Shown piece by piece: positions 1 to 8,155 of a stretch of DNA of 32,000 bases. The notes under the pieces are model-generated. The model was given only the letters and a program-made list of their open reading frames with translations, ran no database searches and was not told where the DNA came from. The position numbers were made by a program, and so were the translations under genes. The first letter of the stretch is position 1. Each line of letters opens with the position of its first letter. The DNA comes from Desulfoscipio gibsoniae DSM 7213 (GTDB lineage Bacteria > Bacillota > Desulfotomaculia > Desulfotomaculales > Desulfallaceae): assembly GCF_000233715.2 (NCBI RefSeq), contig NC_021184.1:4015486-4047485 (forward strand). Direction: 5' to 3'.

Positions 1-630
1 GTAATTACCACGGGCAACAATGGCTTTTAGATTTTTCGAGCCCATAACTGCTCCTGTGCCGCATCGCCCGGCTGCATTTTTCACCCCTGACATTACAGAG
101 GAAAACCTGACCATGCTTTCACCGGACGGACCAATGCAACTTATTTCCACATCACTGCCCAGGTCAACCTTTAATTTCCTTTGTGTGTTTGAACAAGTTT
201 GCCCCCAATACGCTGAGGCATCCCTGATTTCTACCCGCCCGTTCTCCAGGTACAGGTAAACCGGGCTTGCTGCCTTGCCAGTTATAATCAGCCTGTCAAT
301 GCCCGCGAATCTCATTTCCGCCCCGAAGAATCCTCCTATATTGGCATCGCCGATTATGCCGGATTCAGGGGATATGCAGGTTACACTGTACCGCCCGCTG
401 TTAGGCGACAATGTTCCGGTGAGCAAACCGGTACCGATAATTAGCACGTTATCGGGAGACAGAGGGTCGGCATGGGGCTTTAAATACTTATACAGATAAT
501 ACATGTTGAGACCCCGGCCACCAACAAATTTCTTCAATATTTCTTGGGGGGTTTCCATATACTCAACTGTTTGTTCCGTTAAATTCACCACAGCGTTATG
601 ACAGATAGGCCTTGCCCTATCTTTAATCAT
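1..630 (-). CDS. aor: Aldehyde:ferredoxin oxidoreductase (tungsten AOR family), N-terminal 210 codons; gene runs off the left edge of the window
   Basis: Not in the ORF track because there is no stop in the window. Hand translation of the minus strand from the ATG at 630-628 stays open to base 1: MIKDRARPICHNAVVNLTEQTVEYMETPQEILKKFVGGRGLNMYYLY..PLSPDNVLIIGTGLLTGTLSPNSGRYSVTCISPESGIIGDANIGGFFGAEMRFAGIDRLIITGKAASPVYLYLENGRVEIRDASAYWG..CIGPSGESMVRF..AAGRCGTGAVMGSKNLKAIVARG. This is the characteristic AOR N-terminal domain pattern. A GGAGGTG RBS lies inside the end of the upstream gene, and the upstream stop abuts this ATG (TAAATG). Confidence 0.85.
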   Translation of the reverse strand, partial: MIKDRARPICHNAVVNLTEQTVEYMETPQEILKKFVGGRGLNMYYLYKYLKPHADPLSPDNVLIIGTGLLTGTLSPNSGRYSVTCISPESGIIGDANIGGFFGAEMRFAGIDRLIITGKAASPVYLYLENGRVEIRDASAYWGQTCSNTQRKLKVDLGSDVEISCIGPSGESMVRFSSVMSGVKNAAGRCGTGAVMGSKNLKAIVARGNY

Positions 631-2019
631 TTAAATCACCTCCTGATTACGCCACTTTCTTTCTCCGCGCTCCCGTTCAGTCCAGCTTTCCTCGTTAAAA
701 CTCTTAAGATAAGGAGTTTGTAACGTATATGTTTCGGGCCACTGGATAAAGCTGCTCTCAAGCTTAATTTGTCTTTGCTTACGTAAAAAGCTGTAAAATT
801 GATAGCCTTCACTTAATATTGAATTTTTAACGATTCCCACCAATGTTTGAGCCTTAATTAAATCTCTTACAGCTCCACAATAACCCAAGTCCCCAACAAA
901 AATGGCACCTTTTAAATAGTTATCTTTAAACACAAGCTTTTGATAAATATTTTGCTCAATATTTTTCCTAACTTTAGTTTCATATTTAAGACCGTCATCT
1001 TCAGCTTCAGGATCGGCAATGCCCATGGAAACTATAGGCACACTTGCTATGGAAATTACATTCATGCTGATGGACCCTTGATAGGGAACCCTTTTCCCGG
1101 CCATGTTCAGTCCTGCTATACGGCCCTGTTCATGAGCATTGGGCCAGTTAGCATTGGTAAATCCGTGTCCTCTGGGGATGTCGTAAGTCTCAGCAACATC
1201 ACCGGCAGCAAATACGTTGCTGTATGTTGTTTGCATATACTCGTTAACAACAATTCCACGGTTTGTTTTTAATCCCGAATTAGTGACCAATTCCAGGTTG
1301 GGGGCCACCCCTGTGGCCACCACCACTAAACCACAGGGTATTACACTTCCATTATCCAGCACCACGGCCGTGACTCTGTCATTTTCGCCCTTGATTTCCC
1401 GGACCCCGTGGCCCTTGATGATCTCAATACCCTCTTTCTGAAGCAGCGACTCCGCCATGGCTGACCCTTCCACATCTAAAACCCGGCGCATCACCCGGGA
1501 GCGAACCAGCATAACGACATCGACTCCGGCCTCCCTGAGGGATTGAGCGGCACGCAGGCCGATAAAGCCGCCCCCTATTACCACAACCTTTGATGCTCCC
1601 GATAACAGCTGTTCCTTGACGTAATGGGCATCTGCCATTTTCTGAAAGGTAATCACCCCCTCCATTTCAATGCCTTTAAGGTTTGGCATTGTCACAGTGG
1701 ATCCCGTGCAAATCAACAGCCGATCAAACTCCACTTGTGCTTCGTTTTCCGGTGACACTTTTTGCCCTATGAAGTCAATACCGACGGCCTTACAACCATA
1801 TTTAGTCTGGACCCCCATTTGCTGATAAAAATTGGCAGGCCGGTAAGATAGCTGGTCCTCACCGACGTCTTCCGCCACAAAATGGGCTATCATTGGACGG
1901 GAATAAACATGACAAGGTTCATCACCAATTAACATAATATCCCCAACCCGGTCCACTTCCCTAATGGACTCTACCGCCCCAACAGCCGCTGCGCTATTGC
2001 CGATAATTACATACCGCAT
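631..2019 (-). CDS. FAD/NAD(P)-dependent pyridine nucleotide-disulfide-family oxidoreductase; possible electron-transfer partner of the downstream AOR
   Basis: 462-aa ORF. N-terminal dinucleotide fold MRYVIIGNSAAAVGA, second Rossmann motif VVVIGGGFIGLRAA, and a late FAAGDVA motif. Translationally abutted to the AOR gene. Confidence 0.85.
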   Translation of the reverse strand: MRYVIIGNSAAAVGAVESIREVDRVGDIMLIGDEPCHVYSRPMIAHFVAEDVGEDQLSYRPANFYQQMGVQTKYGCKAVGIDFIGQKVSPENEAQVEFDRLLICTGSTVTMPNLKGIEMEGVITFQKMADAHYVKEQLLSGASKVVVIGGGFIGLRAAQSLREAGVDVVMLVRSRVMRRVLDVEGSAMAESLLQKEGIEIIKGHGVREIKGENDRVTAVVLDNGSVIPCGLVVVATGVAPNLELVTNSGLKTNRGIVVNEYMQTTYSNVFAAGDVAETYDIPRGHGFTNANWPNAHEQGRIAGLNMAGKRVPYQGSISMNVISIASVPIVSMGIADPEAEDDGLKYETKVRKNIEQNIYQKLVFKDNYLKGAIFVGDLGYCGAVRDLIKAQTLVGIVKNSILSEGYQFYSFLRKQRQIKLESSFIQWPETYTLQTPYLKSFNEESWTERERGERKWRNQEVI

Positions 2020-2213
2020 TTTAAAGCCCCCTTTACTTGAACCAGGATTTATTTGCGCTACAATAGTCCCGAGCTACAGCTAAATTAATTGAATATTGAA
2101 AAAATAGATGGAATAAATTTGTCTGCCAATTCCCCATAGTAAAATAAAACCGTTATATACATTTATATCCTCATCCGTTCTAAATACTGAACACTTCGTT
2201 CTGTATTATAATC

Positions 2214-2242
2214 ATTATCTATTACTTAATTTAACTTGTCAA
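2214..2242 (-). promoter_or_regulatory. Candidate sigma-A promoter for the FAD oxidoreductase/AOR operon
   Basis: Minus strand reads TTGACA (2242-2237), a 17-nt spacer, then GATAAT (2219-2214). It lies about 190 nt upstream of the ATG at 2019. Confidence 0.5.
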
Positions 2243-2340
2243 GGATTTTTTTGCTCACATATGTAATCGGGTCAAACAAAACTATTGTTTCTTCATTGTA
2301 AAAAGAGTACGGGATTATTGACACACCTTTGGCACACGTA

Positions 2341-2383
2341 AAAAAATCCCTACCAAAATGAATAATATCGGTAGGGATTTTTA
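2341..2383. terminator. Bidirectional rho-independent terminator downstream of the Mo-subunit gene
   Basis: Stem ATCCCTACC (2346-2354) pairs with GGTAGGGAT (2370-2378). An A-run precedes it and a T-run follows, so either strand gives a hairpin followed by a U-tract. It sits about 25 nt after the stop at 2406. Confidence 0.75.
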
Positions 2384-2405
2384 TTATAGCTTATTTTATT
2401 AGCAA

Positions 2406-4721
2406 CTAGTTAACTTTCTTTTGTTTTAAGGCCTTGAGCACCTTTTCCGGGGTAATGGGCAGGTCGGTAAACCTCACCCCAATCGCATCATACACAGCGT
2501 TGGCGATAGCCGGAATAGTGGGTTGAATGGGGCCCTCGCCGGATTCCTTTACCCCGAAAGGAGCTGTGGGATCATAACTGTCCACTATGGTGGAATCTAT
2601 TTCCGGAAGTTCCATAGCCGTTGGCAGCTTATAATCATGCAGGGATGGGTTGATAAGCTTTCCTTGTGGGTCCACTTTCATTTCTTCGTATAGGGCCTGC
2701 CCCATACCAAACAGTATGGAACCCTCCACCTGGCCTTCCACACTCATGGGATTAACTGCCTGGCCGCAGTCCCCGGCCTCGGTCACCTTAACCACTCTGA
2801 CCCTGCCGGTGTCTATATCCACATCTACCTCAATTATTTGACAGCTAAAACCAAATGTGGGTGAGTGACCAATGTTTGCGCCCTGAACTCGAACACCGCG
2901 GGTGAGATCGATCCCTTTGAGCCGTGGCGGAGAGAAGTGACCTATACCAGTTAATGTCCCGACAGCATTGGTATAGGCTTCAACAACTTTTTCCCACTCA
3001 ATGGCTTTTCTGGGTTCAAATTTGGAATAAAACCGGCGATCTTTTATTTCCAGTTGATCAGCCCGACATCCCACCATACCCGCAGCCACTTCTTTAAGCT
3101 TTTGATTTATTTCAGCGGCTGCCTCCTTGATTGCCGCCCCGGAGGCGTAGGTTACCCGGCTGGCGAAGCTGCCCAGGTCAAAAGTCCCCAGTTCCGTGTC
3201 GCCCGACACAACATGAACATCTTCGTAATGGACCCCCAGCGCCTCGGCGGCCATCTGGGCCATGACTGTGTTGCACCCCTGGCCGATATCAGCAGCCGCG
3301 CAATGAACGGTCACACCTCCCTCGGTGTCTACCCGGATCAGCACCGTAGTATGCGGCTTGTATGCCTGGTATAATGTATAAGCTGTACCGGAAATATAAT
3401 ACCCCCCTGACAGCCCGATACCTTTGCCGAAAGGCAGCTTACCGTGTTTATCAAGGTAGCCGGATTTTTCTACTGCAGTTTGTAGACATTTCTTGTACTC
3501 ACAATGCGGGACGTGAAGGTTGCTCACGCTGCGATAGCCGGATTCGACAGCGTTTTTCATTTTAAGTTCGTAGGGACTGACTCCCATCATTTCGGCCAAC
3601 TCATCCAGCATACACTCCATGGCAAACCTGGGCTGAACCCCGCCGAGGCCACGCATGGCGCCGCAGGTGGGCTTATTGGTATAAACACGTCTTACCCGGG
3701 CGCGGGCGTTGGGGACCTTGTAAGGCAGGTGGATCATGGATGCGGTGTAAAACATCACCACAATGCCCCAGCCTGCGTATGCACCGCCGTCCAAAGTATT
3801 GTTAAAATCCACAGCTTGAATATAACCGTCCTTGTCCAGGCCGATTTTCATTTTCATGTAACACGGGTGACGGCCTTTGTTCGTGGCAAATACTTCATTG
3901 CGCTCATAAGTTACTTTGACCGGCCTGCCAATTTTCCTTGACAGCAGAGCAGCGCAAAAATCGGCCGAACTGGCTTCCCCCTTACCCCCGAATCCGCCGC
4001 CAATGGCCGGAAGGGTTACACGAATTTTATTCATGGGCATCTCCAAAACGATGGAGAGCTGGCGATGCAGGTAGTGGGGCACCTGGGTGCTGGACCATAC
4101 CTGAAGTTGACCGCTTTGGGTATCGTAACTGGCCAGTGAGGTGTGCGGCTCTAAAAAAGCATGGTTAACATAAGAGGTTTGAAATTCTTTTTCCAATATA
4201 TAAGCACATTCGGCAAATGCCTTGTCAGGGTCGCCAAATAACTGTTCACCAGCATGCAATATATTATCAGAGGCATCTTCGTGTATACGCACTTCACTTG
4301 CCCGTCCTATGGATTCCTTGGGGTCCAGCAACACCGGTAGAGGTTCATATTCAACTTCAATTAATTCAAGGGCTTCCTCTGCGGTTTCTTCATCAATGGC
4401 GGCAACGGCGGCCACTCCCTCACCCCAAAAACGTACTTTGCCCACAGCCAGGGCCACTTCATTGGCGGTCTGGGGAACAATACCCCATTTGTTGGGGGCC
4501 TCCTCTCCGGTGATTACCGCCAGAACACCAGGCAGCTCAAGCGCTTTACTGTAGTCGATCTTTTTAATAATAGCATGTGCATATGTACTGCGCTTGATTC
4601 TTCCATAAGCCATGCGCGGCAGTACCATATCACCCGTATAAATGGCTTCACCTTTTACTTTTAAAGGACCATCCTTCCGGGGTACGCTTCTTCCCACCTG
4701 GTTAAAGTTTTTATTCATCAC
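2406..4721 (-). CDS. Molybdopterin-binding large subunit of a xanthine dehydrogenase/aldehyde oxidase-family enzyme (CoxL/HcrA-like), set 1
   Basis: 771 aa. N-terminal a/b-hammerhead pattern (GRSVPRKDGPLKVKGEAIYTGD), a GGGFGGK motif, and C-terminal GVKESGEGP containing the conserved glutamate. ATGA overlap with the upstream 2Fe-2S gene. Confidence 0.9.
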   Translation of the reverse strand: MMNKNFNQVGRSVPRKDGPLKVKGEAIYTGDMVLPRMAYGRIKRSTYAHAIIKKIDYSKALELPGVLAVITGEEAPNKWGIVPQTANEVALAVGKVRFWGEGVAAVAAIDEETAEEALELIEVEYEPLPVLLDPKESIGRASEVRIHEDASDNILHAGEQLFGDPDKAFAECAYILEKEFQTSYVNHAFLEPHTSLASYDTQSGQLQVWSSTQVPHYLHRQLSIVLEMPMNKIRVTLPAIGGGFGGKGEASSADFCAALLSRKIGRPVKVTYERNEVFATNKGRHPCYMKMKIGLDKDGYIQAVDFNNTLDGGAYAGWGIVVMFYTASMIHLPYKVPNARARVRRVYTNKPTCGAMRGLGGVQPRFAMECMLDELAEMMGVSPYELKMKNAVESGYRSVSNLHVPHCEYKKCLQTAVEKSGYLDKHGKLPFGKGIGLSGGYYISGTAYTLYQAYKPHTTVLIRVDTEGGVTVHCAAADIGQGCNTVMAQMAAEALGVHYEDVHVVSGDTELGTFDLGSFASRVTYASGAAIKEAAAEINQKLKEVAAGMVGCRADQLEIKDRRFYSKFEPRKAIEWEKVVEAYTNAVGTLTGIGHFSPPRLKGIDLTRGVRVQGANIGHSPTFGFSCQIIEVDVDIDTGRVRVVKVTEAGDCGQAVNPMSVEGQVEGSILFGMGQALYEEMKVDPQGKLINPSLHDYKLPTAMELPEIDSTIVDSYDPTAPFGVKESGEGPIQPTIPAIANAVYDAIGVRFTDLPITPEKVLKALKQKKVN

Positions 4722-5203
4722 TTCACCCCCTCTGTGGAGATGGTTTCGGCAGCAGCACCAATTGCTTCGACTATTTTCTTATAACCGGTGCAACGGCAAA
4801 TGTTACCGGCAATGCCGCGTTTAATTTCTTCCTCGCTGGGCCTGGGATTCTTGTCTAACAACGCTTTTGAAGTTAGAACCATACCTGGTGTGCAAAAGCC
4901 GCACTGTACCGCCCCGTGATCGACAAAAGCCTGTTGAATTGGGTGGAGTTTGCCATCATCAGCTACCATGCCTTCAATAGTGGTAATCTTTTTCCCCTGG
5001 CAGGCAATGGCCAGTGTAATACAGGAGAGCACCGGTTCACCATCAATTAATACAGTACACGCGCCGCAGTCCCCCTGTCCACAGCCCTTCTTGGTGCCGG
5101 TTAACCCAACTTTGTTTCTTATCACGTCAGCAAGCAAATCTCTGGGATTCACAGGTACTTCATAAACCCGGCCGTTTATTTCCAATTCAATCAACTGTTT
5201 CAC
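4718..5203 (-). CDS. [2Fe-2S]-binding small subunit (CoxS/HcrC-like), set 1
   Basis: 161 aa with CGQGDCGACTV, CGFCTPG and CRCTGY cysteine motifs, typical of the two 2Fe-2S clusters of this family. Confidence 0.92.
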   Translation of the reverse strand: MKQLIELEINGRVYEVPVNPRDLLADVIRNKVGLTGTKKGCGQGDCGACTVLIDGEPVLSCITLAIACQGKKITTIEGMVADDGKLHPIQQAFVDHGAVQCGFCTPGMVLTSKALLDKNPRPSEEEIKRGIAGNICRCTGYKKIVEAIGAAAETISTEGVK

Positions 5204-5205
5204 AA

Positions 5206-6093
5206 TTATACCCCCTTACCAGAAGCGGCGCCAAACGCTTGTTGAAGCAATCTACGGGCCAACACTGCGACTACTTCCCGCCGGTATTCGGCAGAAGCCC
5301 TGATATCGGAAATAGGCTGGGCTTCACCGGAAGCTGCCTCAGCTGCTTTTTGCACCAATTCGTCATTAAACTCACGTCCAACCAGGATACCCGGGACTTC
5401 GACCGATACTAAAGGCCGTGGAGAAACGGATCCCATTACAAGCCTTAAATCTTTAACCGTGCGGCTATCGTCCTCCAATACCAAATTAACCGCCATATTA
5501 ACAGCATCGATTTCCATGGCATCTCTAAGTCCACTGTACGCATAACAACTAGCTGACTTGGGAGCTGGCTCGGGGAGAACAAATTTAGTTAGCATTTCAC
5601 CTTCCGCAAGTACGGTTTTCCGGTTACCTAAAATAAATTCTTCCAGGGGCAGTTCTCTTTCCCCCGCAGCACTACTGATTACAACTTTTGCGCCCAGAGC
5701 AACCAAAGGTGGGGGTGTCTCCGCCGCAGGCGAAGCATGACAACTATTACCACCGATCGTAGCCATGGATCTTACCTGAACTGAACCCAGTTCACCCGCT
5801 GCCTGGTGAAGGGCAAAGTATTTTTCCCTAATTAAATCCGATTGCTCAATTTCTGAAATTTTAGTGGCCGCACCAATGACGGCACCCTTGCCCGGCTCGT
5901 AGGAGATACCTTTAAACTCTGCCACACCATTGATGTCAATCAAGTATTCCGGCTTGAGCATTTTTTCTTTCATCATAATAAGCAAGTCCGTGCCCCCGGC
6001 AAGGATTTTTGCTTTATCCCCCAGGCGACCAACCAAATCCAGCACCTCAACAGGTGTTTTTGGAGCAAAATATTCAAAGTGATTTAAAAACAA
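5206..6093 (-). CDS. FAD-binding medium subunit (CoxM/HcrB-like), set 1
   Basis: 295 aa with GGTDLLIMMK and TIGGNSCHASPAAE motifs of the molybdopterin-dehydrogenase FAD-binding domain. Confidence 0.9.
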   Translation of the reverse strand: MFLNHFEYFAPKTPVEVLDLVGRLGDKAKILAGGTDLLIMMKEKMLKPEYLIDINGVAEFKGISYEPGKGAVIGAATKISEIEQSDLIREKYFALHQAAGELGSVQVRSMATIGGNSCHASPAAETPPPLVALGAKVVISSAAGERELPLEEFILGNRKTVLAEGEMLTKFVLPEPAPKSASCYAYSGLRDAMEIDAVNMAVNLVLEDDSRTVKDLRLVMGSVSPRPLVSVEVPGILVGREFNDELVQKAAEAASGEAQPISDIRASAEYRREVVAVLARRLLQQAFGAASGKGV

Positions 6094-6122
6094 CTTAAGC
6101 CACCTCCTTTGTATCCTCTCAA

Positions 6123-6668
6123 TTACTGATGGATACTTGTAGACAGTTCTTGAATAATTTCTTGCAAGAATTTCTCCTCAGCTTCACGTAAATAAATCAG
6201 GCTTTTAATAACGGCATTTTTTTTAAATTTAGTATCGTCTTGAGATAAGTACATTTCTTTTAATTTTTTGATGTTTAACTGAACCTTAAAAAGCCTTTTT
6301 ATTAAACAGTTGGCTATTTCCTCCGGAGACAGAAGATCGGAAGTTTCAAAACCAATGTTCAGGTCCAGGTAATACCACTCAAGGCCGGAAAGAAGCCGCT
6401 TCGAAGCTTCAACCAGGGCTGCTTTTCCAGTGTCTGTGATATAATACCTTTTCCTATCAGGCATTCTACCCTCCTTTTCTTTTTTTGAATAAACAAAATC
6501 TTTTTCCTCCAACCTCTTTAATACCTGGTATATTGAGGCCACCCCGACCCTGACCCACCTCCTCATGTCCCGGTGATCAATTGCTTTATCAATTTCATAG
6601 GCATAAGAAGGTTTTTCATTAACAATGCTCAGCAATAAAACTTCCACATTGGACAACATCAGCATCAT
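6123..6668 (-). CDS. PadR-family transcriptional regulator
   Basis: 181 aa. Winged-helix pattern LLLSIVNEKPSYAYEIDKAI..ASIYQVLKRLEEKDFVYSKKEKEGRMPDRKRYYITDTGKAAL. Only 29 nt upstream of the set-1 FAD subunit gene, so probably co-transcribed. The true start may be any of the three N-terminal Met codons. Confidence 0.85.
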   Translation of the reverse strand: MMLMLSNVEVLLLSIVNEKPSYAYEIDKAIDHRDMRRWVRVGVASIYQVLKRLEEKDFVYSKKEKEGRMPDRKRYYITDTGKAALVEASKRLLSGLEWYYLDLNIGFETSDLLSPEEIANCLIKRLFKVQLNIKKLKEMYLSQDDTKFKKNAVIKSLIYLREAEEKFLQEIIQELSTSIHQ

Positions 6669-6685
6669 CCCTAACCACTATTAGG

Positions 6686-6727
6686 TATACTACTATGTTA
6701 TATACTACTATATTATATATTAGTAGT
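6686..6727. promoter_or_regulatory. Candidate operator region upstream of the PadR gene
   Basis: TATACTACTAT occurs at 6686-6696 and again at 6701-6711. An inverted copy of the core (TAGTAGT) lies at 6721-6727. All lie within 60 nt upstream of the padR-like start. Confidence 0.35.
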
Positions 6728-6897
6728 GTTAAAAAAAAAAGCATTATATTAGCGCAGTACCCCTTATATAACAAAATCTTTCTTATCGATTGACTATAGA
6801 CTAATTCCTCGCCGGTTGGTCTTTTATTCCGGTCAGCATAAATTTAAGATCTGATATTAAATTAATACGCCTGATATTGCAGCGAAAATCTTTTATT

Positions 6898-7057
6898 GAT
6901 CTACTGCTCGAGGACATTTTTCAATCATTTCCCCGTGATCGTTCTACTTTCTACTATTAACTTTCAAATTTCAAACTTTAACCTTCAACTATCAACTTTC
7001 AGCTTTCAACATTGACACCACTGGTTCAATCTTTCAACCTTTCAACACCTGGCACCA
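6898..7057. repeat. Composite dispersed repeat, copy 1: conserved arms flanking an AACTTTC-type heptad array
   Basis: The left arm (TCTAC..CGAGGACATT..CATTTCCCCGTGATCGTTC) and right arm (CTTTCAACACCTGGCACCA) match the copy at 20119-20202. The interior carries about 8-10 degenerate 7-nt units (aactttc aaatttc aaacttt aaccttc aactatc aactttc agctttc ...). Confidence 0.65.
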
Positions 7058-7083
7058 CTGGTTGGCACAACCGGTTGTTCTGA

Positions 7084-8103
7084 TTATTTTCCAAAAGGAC
7101 ACATGGGATACCGGCATTCTTGGCAATTCATGCAAAGACCACCGTGGCCCGTCATGGCTATATCTCTCTTGGTGATTCTTTCTCCAGCAAGCACCCTTGG
7201 CAACATCAAATCAAAGACTGTGGCTTTAAAAAACATAACACAGGCGGGCAGACCCATGATGGGAATGTCATCCAAATAGGCCAACAAAAACATAGCGCCG
7301 GGCAGCACCGGGGAACCGTAAGTTACCAACTCCGCACCGGTGGATTTAACTCCATTCGGGGTAACGTCATCAGGGTCTACAGACATCCCGCCGGTGGTTA
7401 TGATCATTTGGGCGCCCTGGTCACGCAAATTCAGTATTTGGTCCTTTATCTGAGCAGCATCATCAGGAAGCATAACATGCCATAATACCCGGCAACCAAA
7501 ACGTGAAAGCTTCTCTTTTACCACCGGGCCGAATTTATCTTGAATCCTCCCGTAGTAAACCTCATTTCCGGTGGTAATCAACCCCACCTTGAATTTTTGC
7601 ATCTCCTTGACTTCCAGCAATGGACCTCTGCTGCGACAGATTTCTTCAACCGCCTCTATCTGATCGTTCTTGATTACCAGCGGTATCACCCTGGTACCGG
7701 CCAGCGTTTCGCCCTTGGCCACCACCTGGTTGGTGTGCCGGGTGGAAAAGGAGATCTGATCAATTTCATTAACCTGGCAAAGACCTTCCACATCAATTTT
7801 GAGCAGACCATCCCTGGCAGCTTTTATGGTCACCTTGCCTTCAACAGGCTCGGCATAATCAACACCTTGTCCCATCGACGCTTTGGCAATCCTGAGAGCG
7901 GCATCATTTTCATGCAAAAGATCACTTCCGCATTCCCATATGTAAAGATGATCCTTTCCCAGTTTAAGCAATTCAGGAATATCTTCTTCTTTTACCACAT
8001 GGCCTTTTTTAAAAGCGGGCCCTTTGAATTCCCCCGGCACAATCCTGGTAATATCGTGACAGAGCACCATTCCCACGGCATCTTCCACTTTGACCTTACG
8101 CAT
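7084..8103 (-). CDS. Molybdopterin-binding (MoeA N-terminal-like plus MoaB/MogA-like) protein with a C-terminal Cys-rich tail
   Basis: 339 aa. The central GLITTGNEV..IITTGGMSVDPDDVTP pattern is typical of the MoCF-biosynthesis (MogA/MoaB) fold. The C-terminus is CMNCQECRYPMCP. Confidence 0.7.
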   Translation of the reverse strand: MRKVKVEDAVGMVLCHDITRIVPGEFKGPAFKKGHVVKEEDIPELLKLGKDHLYIWECGSDLLHENDAALRIAKASMGQGVDYAEPVEGKVTIKAARDGLLKIDVEGLCQVNEIDQISFSTRHTNQVVAKGETLAGTRVIPLVIKNDQIEAVEEICRSRGPLLEVKEMQKFKVGLITTGNEVYYGRIQDKFGPVVKEKLSRFGCRVLWHVMLPDDAAQIKDQILNLRDQGAQMIITTGGMSVDPDDVTPNGVKSTGAELVTYGSPVLPGAMFLLAYLDDIPIMGLPACVMFFKATVFDLMLPRVLAGERITKRDIAMTGHGGLCMNCQECRYPMCPFGK

Positions 8104-8155
8104 TAATATTTACCCCCCTGTTAATTTGAAGTACTAATAAATATCACCCGGATAG

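Noticed and set aside
20-499. Two plus-strand ORFs (20-259 and 275-499) at the left edge
   Set aside because: The opposite strand is open across the whole of 1-630 and encodes a textbook AOR N-terminal domain. The plus-strand ORFs are Pro/Ser-rich antisense artefacts.
6957-7050. Whether the short periodic repeats (here and at 20161-20195) are a CRISPR array
   Set aside because: The period is 7 nt with no spacers, whereas CRISPR repeats are about 24-40 nt separated by unique spacers. There are no cas genes in the window.
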